Below are positions 52,642 to 64,000 of a stretch of 64,000 bases of DNA, in pieces; within the stretch, counting starts at the first letter, position 1, and the number at the start of each line of letters is the position of its first letter. The notes below the pieces were generated by a model. That model saw nothing but the letters and a program-made list of their open reading frames with translations. It was not told the DNA's origin and did not search any database. Source of the stretch: Octopus bimaculoides (taxonomy: Eukaryota); assembly GCF_001194135.2 (NCBI RefSeq), contig NC_068988.1, positions 89,290,113 through 89,354,112 of the forward strand, given 5' to 3'. A program made the translations under genes and the position numbers.

Positions 52642-53260
52642 TTCTTTTATTCTTTGACTTGCTTCAATCACCTGTCTGTGACCATGCTGGTGCACCGCAT
52701 TGAAGGGTCTTAGTCGAAGGACTCGTTCTTTTATTTAAGTTTAATACTTAGCCTATTAATCTCTTCTATAGAACCGCAAGTTACGGGGACATCAACACAT
52801 TAGCACCGGTTGTCATGCGGTGGTGGAGGAAGAACACAGATAAAAAGACACTCACGTAAATACACACACACACACACTCACATACACATATATGAAAACG
52901 TATATAATTAGGGTATTAAGAAGCAAAAGCTTTGCTAAAAATTGGAGTCATAAAATTCTCCTAAGCTCCAAGAATTATTACTAGATTTTTTACTGGAATG
53001 GTGGAAAAAATTTTAAGTGAATAAGAATTGTATTTTACCTCAGCAAAATTGCAAGAGTAATGGCAGTTAACTTCGATTTTGTTCCAGCATGTCTGTAAAA
53101 ATTTAGTGATAATTCTTGTCGCTTCGGAATTTTTCATGACTCCTATTTTTAGCAAAGGTGGTGTTTCTTAATACCCTAATTATATATATTTACTAATTTA
53201 CCCATACGGTTTTTATGCTTGCGGCCATTAATATTATTATTTCTTATAGATAATAATGTT

Positions 53261-53291
<31 letters not shown>

Positions 53292-53445
53292 CGACGGGCT
53301 TTTTCAGTTTCCGTCTACCAGACCTGTTTGCGAAACTCTGGTTGGCCGATACTATGGTAGAGGACACCTACCCAAGGTGCTATGCAGTTGTACTGGACCC
53401 AGAACTGTGTAGTTGGGAATCTAGCTTTTTACCACACAGCCACGT
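52642..53445 (-). mobile_element. Bipartite SINE family A (head 53292-53445, tail 52642-52840) with a MITE inserted in the internal microsatellite
   Basis: Head and tail are in the same order and orientation as in 57066-57456. Confidence 0.75.
52901..53186. mobile_element. MITE, 286 bp, perfect 20-bp termini and ~100-bp imperfect inverted arms
   Basis: tatataattagggtattaag / cttaataccctaattatata; inner ctttgctaaaaattggagtcat..agaattat pairing. Confidence 0.9.
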
Positions 53446-54447
53446 TTCACGTTCGTAAAGTGCACATTCGATCCGTTCGGGATTATTTATTTTCTTTAAT
53501 TAATATTTCATATTCTACTGATTTCCAACCGATTAATGAGATTTTATTGAGCGTTAAACCATTCAGATATCTTGGCATCGTTGAAAAGAAATGGAAATAT
53601 TTCGGATTTTGTGATACGGTCGAATAATATATTTTGTCTTTTGTATCTGATACACATTCTTGTTTTGTTTATATCAATATATTGTTTTCTTCTAAATCTC
53701 TTTCTTTGTACTTTTCCAATAGTCACACATGCATACACAAGTACAATGTCTGTTTGTATGTGTGCGTACATGCATGAGAGAGAGAAAGAGAGTGTGTGGG
53801 CTGGGGGTCTATAAATTCTGCTCCTAACATCTGATATGCAACATTAAAATCACGCTGAACTAAGTCAAATTCATTAAGCTCGTGTAAAAATGCATTGGGT
53901 TCTGAGTGCTACTTTTGTCCACTCACTGGTATGTATGTATGTATGTAATATGAAGAAACGTAAGACTAGGTAATTTAATCCATAAACATTACTCCGATTT
54001 CAGATGAATTTAAAAACAAGAATATATATGATACATTAAAAACATATGAATACATAGATATTTTTAATAATCTATAAATAAATAAATATGTTAAAAATAT
54101 ATATGTAAGATAATAGATTATACAAATAGATGTAGACATAAATATATTAAAACATACATATATGCGTAAATATATTGAAGAAGGTCTGAAGTAGTGACGA
54201 AAGTGATGATATCGAACTCATATCAATTCCCTTAATAATCCTAAATATAAAACGATTACCATACTTGCTAAGTATATCCAGAAAATTTCGGCTTTGCAGA
54301 CTCCTAGTGAAGCCCAAGTGATGTTCTTCCACAGCATCTATTAAGATTTGCGCTGTGATTTTTTCTTTTGTGTGTTACTTTCATGCGTACTCAGCGTATT
54401 TTGTAATGTTAAAATCCCAGACTATTTGTAATGTTCAAATCCCAGAG

Positions 54448-54473
54448 ATTATTATTATTATTATTCAACATTA

Positions 54474-54554
<81 letters not shown>

Positions 54555-55039
54555 GTTCAGTAGTTTTATTTTTATAACGTGCTTTCACTTCACTACCGAG
54601 CGCAGCTCTGTGTGTCTTGGGTATGTGCTGTGGTTTTCTGTGATGCTCTTATGGTTACTGTATTGAAAGTGTTTTGCGTAGGATGTGTGCAGTGCCCAGT
54701 AGTGCAATTTTCTGTATGTTATATATATTTGTAAGTCCTGGTCTTTTTGTTATGTATTTGTCTGAATATTTTTTTATTATACCTAAGGCACCTACTTTGA
54801 TAAGAATTGTTTCTGTTTTTAGATTCCACATTCGAGTTACCTCTATTTCCAGGTCTTTGTATTTTGAAAGTTTTTCCATTTCTTTTAGAGAAACGTTGTT
54901 ATCTGCTGGTATTGATACATTAATTAGAACGCATTTTTTTTTCTGCATGATCTTTGACAACTATATCTGATCTATTGGCCTAAATTTCTCTAGCCGTGTG
55001 TATTGGCATATCCCAGAGTATGGTTGCTTTCTCGTTTTT
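54448..55039 (-). mobile_element. 5'-truncated R4/Dong-like LINE with 3' UTR and (AAT)n tail
   Basis: KATILWDMPIHTAREI*ANRSDIVVKDH..VSIPADNNVSLKEMEKLSKYKDLEIEVTRMW..VGALG..ALLGTAHILRK*; the UTR runs into (ATT)n at 54448-54554. Confidence 0.92.
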
Positions 55040-55233
55040 ACCCGGTAACAACCGAAAAATCGGCAGTTATTTCTAGTTCCAATTCAGATTACGCTGTTTC
55101 ATGTACCATCGCGTTCCCTGTTCAGTTCCTGTTTTAGTTTCGCTCCTATTCCTACCCCCATCCTATGTCGCTCTATATTTTTTAGAATCAGATAGATGTA
55201 ATTAAACCAATAATTTTTTTATTAACCTTTATG

Positions 55234-55582
55234 GTAATAGTGTATTGCTAAAAATAGTTGTTACAAACTATTAATACGAATAGTGCTTGAATAAGAAATG
55301 TCCTTATATTATTTTAGCAAATGAATATGTATCAGAGTAAAATAAATGAGTTGACCAGTAATACCGAGAAAGCGGGAGTTATCCCCACTTGCCGTTTACC
55401 ATTACATTGTCCCAAGTTCTATCAGGTTTCCTGGTCAGTTCCCGTTTTCATGCCCAAACGGTCGTTTAGGTTAATAGTATATTGCTAAAAATAGGTATTA
55501 CCAACTATTCGATTGGTGGATGAATAAGGAATGTCCCTATATTATTCTAACAAACGAATATGCATCTGATTAAATAAATTAG
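55234..55582 (+). repeat. Diverged direct duplication (~115 bp, 237 bp apart)
   Basis: 55234-55350 versus 55471-55582 (taatagt.tattgctaaaaatag..gaataag.aatgtcc.tatattatt). Confidence 0.85.
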
Positions 55583-56980
55583 ATAGATTTACAAATACAT
55601 TGATAAATACTCCGTGTATTGTAGCTGGCGTTCTTGCGTGTCGTAGCTTATCGTAGCTGATTTTTTAACGTGTTTACAACCCACCGCTCTAGAAGGCCCA
55701 TTATAGATTTTTATTGAAATGCAATTCGCCTATAATTTACATGGATGTTAGAAAGAAATGAATAACAAAATCCAATTTAACGTGGAAAATTATTTCAATA
55801 AACCAAATTTGTAAGTTTTGACATCATTTTAAAATCTCACAATATGAAACAGCAACAGGGAAGACCCTAAAAAATATAGAAGCAGACAGCTATAGGACGT
55901 CACACACACACACACACACACACAGAAATTCAGAAGCGTACACTCAAGTAATCACGAGTTTAAAATGGTTATAGTAGACATATGTATGTATGTACTTATG
56001 TATATTTATGTATGCATGTGTGTCTGTGTGGGAGTGTTTCTTTGAGATGGACAACAGAAAGGCAACCAATTCCCTCTCTCCTTAAAGCTACGTATCCCTC
56101 AAACCCACCTTTCTGTGTGTGTGCGTGTTTGTGCCTGTGTGTGTCTGTTTGTGTGTATGTTCTATCTATGAATTTACAAAAGTATGTATGCAACGTTGCG
56201 TGTATATGACAGCTGTATTAATGTCAACATCCCATTGCCACCGCTTTTCTAGACTAATACCTTTTGCAACCTTCACATTTTATCATATGATTAGTTCAAC
56301 GCTCGTGGGGGATATATTTAAGATTTTTATAGAAATCCAATTCACCTATTATTAGACTGGATATTAATGTAACAGGTATGCAAAGTTTCATGAATATTGG
56401 TTCGCTGGTCTAGGTACTAAGATGGCAACAGACAAATTGCCATTTATATATTGTGTTTTGGTTAAATTTCTTTTGTTGTTCTACTTTCGTGTGTTTTTAT
56501 TTTAAGTTATTTATTTGTGGCACGAATTACTTTGAATCTCCAGTTTCTCTTTTATTTGATGCTAATGTTTAGTTTGTTTCTACTTATGTTTTATTTTTCT
56601 TCAATAATTTTACTGCCGATGAATTATTCATAGGTGAAACTTCCCATTTAACAAGTCTAGATGCCAGTATGCCTACAATATGTTTGTTTCTCTTAAAACA
56701 GATACATCATATAGAACGAAAAGAAAATTAAATATAATCAAGAACTAAGAAGAAAAATATAAAATAGCAACAAATATAAAGTGTAAATAACACGAACAAC
56801 AACGCCGACAACAGCAAAAGCAACAACAACAATAGTAATAATGAAGAAGAAGAATTATTTACTGGGGGCCCAAGTGACAACAATGCAAACATTATAATGC
56901 ATCACCATACGCTACCAATACACAAGCAAGCATAGTTGTATTGTAAAGAGTGTTTGTATATATATATATATATATATATA

Positions 56981-57018
<38 letters not shown>

Positions 57019-57065
57019 AGTGTATGTGTGTGTATATAAATAATACATACATGTATATATATATA

Positions 57066-57456
57066 TTCTTTTATTCTTTTACTTGTTTCAGTTATTTGAC
57101 TGCGGTCATGCTGGAGCACCACCTTTTTTTAGGCGAGCAAATCGATCTAGGCCTCATTTTTTGTAAGCCCAGCACTCATTCCATCAGTTTCCCTTTGCCG
57201 AACCGCTAATTTACGGAGACGTAAACACACCAGCATCGCATGTCCAGCGATGCCGGGGCGGCGGCAAACACAAACACACAAACACACACATATATATACA
57301 CATATATACGACGGGCTTCTATCAGTTTCCGTCTACCAAATTCACTCACAAGGCTTTGGTCGGCTCGATGCTATAGTAGAAGACGCTTGCCCAAGGTGCC
57401 ATGGGACGGAACCCGGAACATTTGATTGGTAAGCAAGCTACTTACCACACAGCCAC
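57066..57456 (-). mobile_element. Bipartite SINE family A: tRNA-like head, internal (TA/TG)n, ~210-bp tail
   Basis: Head 57309-57456, microsatellite ~57276-57308, tail 57066-57275 (catgctggagcacc..gccgaaccgctaa..gtaaacacaccagcatc). Confidence 0.85.
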
Positions 57457-57616
57457 TCGTATGTTTTCAGTGTGTACAAATAACACGGAAAACTACATAA
57501 CTAATTGGCAGGGTAGACAAAAATTGACATAAGTACCAAGGATGTTACAGCCTCCTTATAAAGGTAGAAGTTCCAGGGTTTAGTGAAATGTTTTTGTATA
57601 AAAGATAAATACAAAA

Positions 57617-59275
57617 ATGGAGTTAAAAGCAGGTGTTATTCAAATCTTTATACTTCCGACTTATGTTTCGAATAAATCATTGGTATTAGTCCAGAGGAAT
57701 TAAAATGTGACGTAATGCGATCTTCTCATCAAGGTAAACAAAGAGAAACAAAACACATCAATAAGCAATTTTAACCGAATATGATTACTGCGTATATGAT
57801 GAAGGGAACGCTGGCAAGTTGTTTCTAAAACAAAACCGCTATTAGATTTAACTTCAAAGGAGATTTCGAGAAATAGAAGGATGAGAAAGAAAGAACTTAG
57901 CAGAAAACCAAGAATGGTGAAATGTAGTGTGATAGATGAATGGGAATTAAGCTTAAAGGAGTGGAAATAGATATATTTAGTTGAAATGAAATGTAAGAAA
58001 ACAGTTAAAGGTCGAATTTTATTATTTGGTAGCAATTACTTATAGGAACTAAACTTATGTTTTTGCCAATTCTATTAATAAAAACAAGTGCACTAATTTT
58101 ATCCAGTTCGACATTTCTAGTTACTATTCCTCTATTAATCCAGTTGTCTCAACAGAGCAGTCTGGTCCGCACACAACAAAGTAGGTCTCGCCAGAGATGA
58201 AATTAATGTCGTGTTAGCCTCCAGAAAAATCAATCAAATAAATTTGAAAACAAGTTATGGGTAAGTAAAGATACGCCTGGCGTTTTGATGTCATGATGAG
58301 AAGTTCTGACTCAGCACAAATCTCTGATTTGATCGGTATATATATCCTTTTATGAGATGGCTGACCAATTCCCAAACATCAATGCAGATCTGTATCGTGA
58401 CGGTTGTTTACACTACCTTCAAAATGTTTCTAACAAAAAAATGCAAATAGTTAAGCATAGGTTGGTTAAATTTTTCCGAAACATGGGTTTAAGCATTGTT
58501 TTCGACAATGATATAACTAAAGCCAAGTTTTTGGTTATTACCCTTAAGTTATATAATGATTAATATTTCCCATACCATAAACCCCCAAATAATTTAAAAT
58601 ATATTAGCTCTTTCAATAACCATTCAAAGGTTATTACAAGGAATTTAGTTAGAAATATTTCACTTAGACTTCCTAGATTATCTGCCAACGTTGATATCTT
58701 CAACGATGAAGACAAATTTTATAACTCCGCTTTACTCAAAGCAGGCTATAAATTAAAAAAATTACATATATTAACCCTATTGGAATTAATCCTAACTCTA
58801 ACGCGTTTATCGTTGCTAACATTGGCAAAAACATACCTTTAGGTTCTATAAGTAATTTCTACCAATCTATAAAATTCGACCTTTAAATGTCTCCTTACAT
58901 TTCAATTCCACTAAATATATCTATTTCCACGCCTTTAAACTTTATTCCCATTCATGTATCGCACTACATTCCTCCACGCTTGGTTTTCTGCTAATTTCTT
59001 TCTTTCTCATCCTTCTCTTTCTCTAAATTGCATTTGACTATAAATCTATTAACGGATTTTTTAAAAAATAACTTGCCAGCATTCCCTTCAGCATATCCAC
59101 AGTAATCACATTCGGTTAAAATGGCTTATTGATATGTTTTCTTTCTCTTTCGTCCCCTGATGAGAATATTGCATTGTCTTACATCATGTTATTCCTTCTG
59201 GAATAATACCAATGTTTTCTTCGTAACAAAAGTCCGAAGTATAAAGATTTCTATAATACCTGCGTTTAACTCCAT
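57617..59275 (+). mobile_element. Penelope-like element: inverted pLTR, RT fragment, pLTR
   Basis: Arms 57617-58070 and 58821-59275 are inverted, roughly 80% by eye. Interior 58075-58770 gives FIQFDISSYYSSI..EINVVLASRK..FDVMMRSSDSAQISDLIGIYIL..LYRDG..YHKPPN..YNSALLKAGY. Confidence 0.85.
59150..59239 (+). ncRNA. Degenerate hammerhead ribozyme in the pLTR (mirror copy at 57653-57737, minus strand)
   Basis: The right arm has CTGATGA (59157-63)..GTAA-C-AAAA-GTC. The left arm has TTGATGA..GAAA-C-ATAA-GTC-GGAAG. The two-arm consensus restores the full core. Confidence 0.5.
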
Positions 59276-59332
59276 ATCTTTATCTATCTAACTATATCTA
59301 TATGTATGTCTGTCTGTCTCTTTCTTTCTCTC

Positions 59333-59368
<36 letters not shown>

Positions 59369-59618
59369 NNNNNNNNNNNNNNNNNNNNNNNNNNNNNNNN
59401 NNNNNNNNNNNNNNNNNNNNNNNNNNNNNNNNNNNNNNNNNNNNNNNNNNNNNNNNNNNNNNNNNNNNNNNNNNNNNNNNNNNNNNNNNNNNNNNNNNNN
59501 NNNNNNNNNNNNNNNNNNNNNNNNNNNNNNNNNNNNNNNNNNNNNNNNNNNNNNNNNNNNNNNNNNNNNNNNNNNNNNNNNNNNNNNNNNNNNNNNNNNN
59601 NNNNNNNNNNNNNNNNNN

Positions 59619-59671
<53 letters not shown>

Positions 59672-60923
59672 CATATATATATATATACATACATATATAC
59701 ATATACATATATATACACATACATATATACGTATACATACATATATACATATACATACATATATATACATATACATATATACATATACATATATATATAT
59801 ATGCATACATAATATACAGTTGAAATTTATGGAAAAATTAATGATGAATACAGGTGTATGAACAACGAGAAAGTGTGTTAGTTTGACGCTCGGGCTAAAA
59901 GAAAATGTCTTTCACATCTATTCACACAGGTTTCACTTGCATTTACTGAATTCGTTTCTGTTCTAACTGTCTTTTCGTGGTATCGTCAAACTGAGTGGTA
60001 GTTAAAAAGTGGTAGTTACCAGCTATTATAAATAAACCGGTAGCCGGTCGAGAGGAGGAGGTCGAAGGTAGGGGTAGTTGAGAGTACGGTGCTGATTGTC
60101 GTGTCAGTGCTGATATGGTCCTCAAACAGTGATCCTGAGTGAATGTTGAGAATAATAACACTGTAAGACTGGGAGTGGTACAGTGCCAGATAGAAACTTT
60201 CTATCAACGTAGGAATATAACAATATCTGTCAGAACGACAACCGTCTTCAAAAGACAGATTCAACAGTGGCAAAAGACCGCTTTACAACACTTTTCTGGA
60301 GTATATGAAGGATCTCAGCAACACAATCGTCATGCATTAAAATACTATACACGTATTAAAGTAAAAAAACAAATTTTACATTTAAAAAATCGGTTGCTAG
60401 ATCTTCGCATAATTCGCAGTTTATATACTTTAGAATGAGGTCCTATCAAAGCATTTCTGCATAGTCTTTCGCTCGGAATTTTGAAATGTGTGACGTTAAA
60501 TAGTGTTTTATTTGTCTGGCTTCATATTTCATTTACAGTTCCTGTGTTTGTTTATTTATTTATTTACATCTATATTTTCTGTTTATGTATCCGAAACAAA
60601 CATAGAATATATTTTAGTCTTCATGCTTTATCTTCCTGAACAGCAACCCTGCTGATTTAAATCTTCACTTTTTTCGGAGGTTATATATTATATTTCTATA
60701 TATTCTGTGCATATATTGCGAAAGATTTGTCAATACGGGCAAGCATCTCTCCAAAATATTTGCACATATTTATTGCGTTTGTTTTACTGGAGTTTGTAAC
60801 ATAGAGATGTTTGATTCTTTATTTAAAATGACAAAATAATCAATGGATACAGGTGTATATTTTTCTAGCAGTTTGGATGTTCCATATTACACACACACAC
60901 ACATACACACACACACATTTACG

Positions 60924-60963
<40 letters not shown>

Positions 60964-62271
60964 ATATATATATATATATATNNNNNNNNNNNNNNNNNNN
61001 NNNNNNNNNNNNNNNNNNNNNNNNNNNNNNNNNNNNNNNNNNNNNNNNNNNNNNNNNNNNNNNNNNNNNNNNNNNNNNNNNNNNNNNNNNNNNNNNNNNN
61101 ATATATTATACACACACACATACACACATATATATAATTTATCGCTTGCGTGTGTCCTTCCTTCGCCCTTTCATTATCATAATCAACATCAATAGCACCA
61201 TCTCAAATAAAAACGTCATCATCATCATCATCATAAACGAATGGAGAAACTACCTCATCGTCATTAATTTTAATTTCATTTGATGGTTTCCTATTCTGTC
61301 AAAGCTAACATATAATTCGTTTTATAGTTCAAGAAGTTTTAATGTCTCCCATATTCTCTCTTAATGTTTCTCCAATTTTAAATCAGCTCCCCCTCTGTCT
61401 CTTTCTCTGTCTCTCCACACCTCCCATTCCATCTCCCTCCCCCTCAGATCGTAGGTATGCCTCATACATATATATATTGTAATATACACATATCTCTAAC
61501 GCTCTATCTCTCTGTCGTTCTTTATTTCTACACACACACATGTATATAACTATATATATATGTGTGTTTGCATGTATATACCAATATATAGATATATGTG
61601 CGTATATATATGTGCATATATGTATATATATATGTGCGTATATATATATATATGCATGTATATTTACATGTATATATACACACACACACACATGCACATA
61701 TATATATATCTTTGTGTATATATACGCCTGTGTGTATATATATGTATATACACACACATAAACGTTATACTTTATTGCCAATTACGTGTCAATGTTTTCT
61801 GGCGTTGTAACAACATAGCCTGAAGGTAAATGCTTCTAATAAAATATAATTACCAAGTAAACATTTACCTGTAATCATTAAACACTTATATAGTTGGGGG
61901 TCCTTTGAAGTTTCGGCAATTTTATTTGAACTAATTTCCCTTTATAAATGTATTTAATAATTTACAAATGTAGTTGATTAATTAAATTCAATTTGCTAAT
62001 TGATTAGGTCAAATCATGTTTTATCTCTTCCAGTAATTTTACATCTTGCAGTATTTGCATGTATTTATCTACACGTACATTTCATATGTGTTCACTCAGT
62101 TTAGAAGTATTTAACTTTCTATATGTTGTATTTATTATACGCTAGCATTTTCGCTATGATGTCAGAATTGTAATCACTTACTTTCTGTCTGTATGTCCGT
62201 ATGTCTCTATCTCTCTTTCTGTAAAAACATACATACACACATACATATATACATACGTTTATACATACATC

Positions 62272-62475
62272 CGAGGGGGTGCTGAAGAGTTCCCGGCTTT
62301 AAAGGTCCCACGAAAGACCTGGTCGGAGGCTCAAACTTCTGAGTTCTTTTACAGGGTTTAGAAAGAATAAAGACTCACTGAATCTGAGAGGATAATATTG
62401 TGGACAAAATCACAATTGACTGATCTTCCTGTATTTTCTTTCACCCGAGGTCAGGAAATTTTCAGTACGCCCTCG
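62272..62475. mobile_element. Mariner-type MITE (~204 bp)
   Basis: TIRs cgagggggtgctgaagagttccc and ggaaattttcagtacgccctcg, followed by ta. Confidence 0.75.
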
Positions 62476-63584
62476 TAACTATATGTATCCGTTTAATTTA
62501 ACTTTAGCTAAAGCTTCGTAAAGCGCTCTTAAAATCTGTTAAGCTTTTTCTCGGCTACCACATATAAATTTCATCTCGCGTAGTGATCAAATGGTGTGAG
62601 TATAAATGTGTAACTCCTTTCAGCTTTGGATAAATCTAATAACAATAATATCGCGAGGGCAGAATTCCGTAGGCCTCATCAATGCATCGCTAGATGTTTT
62701 TTCTATGCAGCATACTGTCATTAAATTAAAATTTTCATATTCATATAATATTACTTAATACTCAGAATAATTATACATTTGAATATATCTAGTGCAGATG
62801 CTTCCTCGGGCAACGCATAACAATTTGCCAGATTTTCTTATAAGGACACACACTATTTTACACCTATCAAATATTTTCATTCTGTTGGTGGTTAAGATCC
62901 ATCCTTGTGATATGTACATAGTGCGAAAGTTATTTGAGGACATACCTTTTCTGGGTCACTGCACGACCAAATATATATATATATANNNNNNNNNNNNNNN
63001 NNNNNNNNNNNNNNNNNNNNNNNNNNNNNNNNNNNNNNNNNNNNNNNNNNNNNNNNNNNNNNNNNNNNNNNNNNNNNNNNNNNNNNNNNNNNNNNNNNNN
63101 NNNNNNNNNNNNNNNNNNNNNNNNNNNNNNNNNNNNNNNNNNNNNNNNNNNNNNNNNNNNNNNNNNNNNNNNNNNNNNNNNNNNNNNNNNNNNNNNNNNN
63201 NNNNNNNNNNNNNNNNNNNNNNNNNNNNNNNNNNNNNNNNNNNNNNNNNNNNNNNNNNNNNNNNNNNNNNNNNNNNNNNNNNNNNNNNNNNNNNNNNNNN
63301 NNNNNNNNNNNNNNNNNNNNNNNNNNNNNNNNNNNNNNNNNNNNNNNNNNNNNNNNNNNNNNNNNNNNNNNNNNNNNNNNNNNNNNNNNNNNNNNNNNNN
63401 NNNNNNNNNNNNNNNNNNNNNNNNNNNNNNNNNNNNNNNNNNNNNNNNNNNNNNNNNNNNNNNNNNNNNNNNNNNNNNNNNNNNNNNNNNNNNNNNNNNN
63501 NNNNNNNNNNNNNNNNNNNNNNNNNNNNNNNNNNNNNNNNNNNNNNNNNNNNNNNNNNNNNNNNNNNNNNNNNNNNNNNNNNNN

Positions 63585-63620
<36 letters not shown>

Positions 63621-63623
<3 letters not shown>

Positions 63624-63798
63624 CTGTGTCTGCCCCACCAACATTGCTTGACAATCGACGCTGGTGTGTTTATGTACCCGATAGAATAAGTAACAAGCTT
63701 ACAAAATATAAGTCCTGGGGTCGATTTGCTCAACCAAATGCGGTGCTCCAGCATGGCTGCAGTCAAGTGATTCAAAAAATAATGCAAATAAAACGAAG
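63621..63798 (+). mobile_element. SINE family A tail after (TG)n; any head would lie in the gap
   Basis: ctgtgtctgccccaccaacattgcttgacaatcgacgctggtgtgttta..gatagaataagta..ggtgctccagcatggctgcagtcaa. Confidence 0.85.
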
Positions 63799-64000
63799 AC
63801 ATGTGTATATACACACACATATATATATATATATACATACATATATACATATACATATACATATATATATATATAGACATATATATATATAGACATATAT
63901 ATGCAATGTTTATATGTATATATGTCTATATATATATGTGTATATATTTATTTATGTATATATACGTGAATATATTTATGTATGTATATATCGATATATA

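Noticed and set aside
56375-56425. Helentron/HINE-like end motif (tatgcaaagtttcatgaa..acagacaaa)
   Set aside because: Only ~50 bp of weak similarity, with no partner end found.

Overview
AT-rich, repeat-saturated eukaryotic DNA with 16 assembly gaps, almost all bordered by (TA)n or (CA)n. The SINE families and microsatellite load look like an octopus (coleoid cephalopod) short-read assembly; this is an inference. I found no recognisable host protein-coding gene, rRNA, true tRNA or CRISPR array, and nearly all long ORFs in the track are microsatellite or N-run artefacts. The window holds tRNA-derived SINEs of at least 4 families, including a bipartite SINE with an internal microsatellite. It also holds decayed REL-endonuclease LINEs (R4/Dong/NeSL-like), RTE and L1/Tx1-like pieces, and relics of Chapaev3-like, mariner and gypsy elements. 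Long foldback elements are unusually frequent. The main result is a set of palindromic elements built from outward-pointing Penelope-like parts that carry minimal hammerhead ribozyme motifs. One is a ~415-bp pure hairpin (48998-49412) whose right arm holds an apparently complete hammerhead with the compensatory U3-A8 core. Another is a 1.66-kb element with an RT fragment between ~455-bp inverted pLTRs (57617-59275). Two retroelement relics (7.5-8.2 kb and 33.2-33.9 kb) have domains in permuted order and foldback junctions. All alignments, identities and family assignments were made by eye and from memory of consensus motifs, not by database search.
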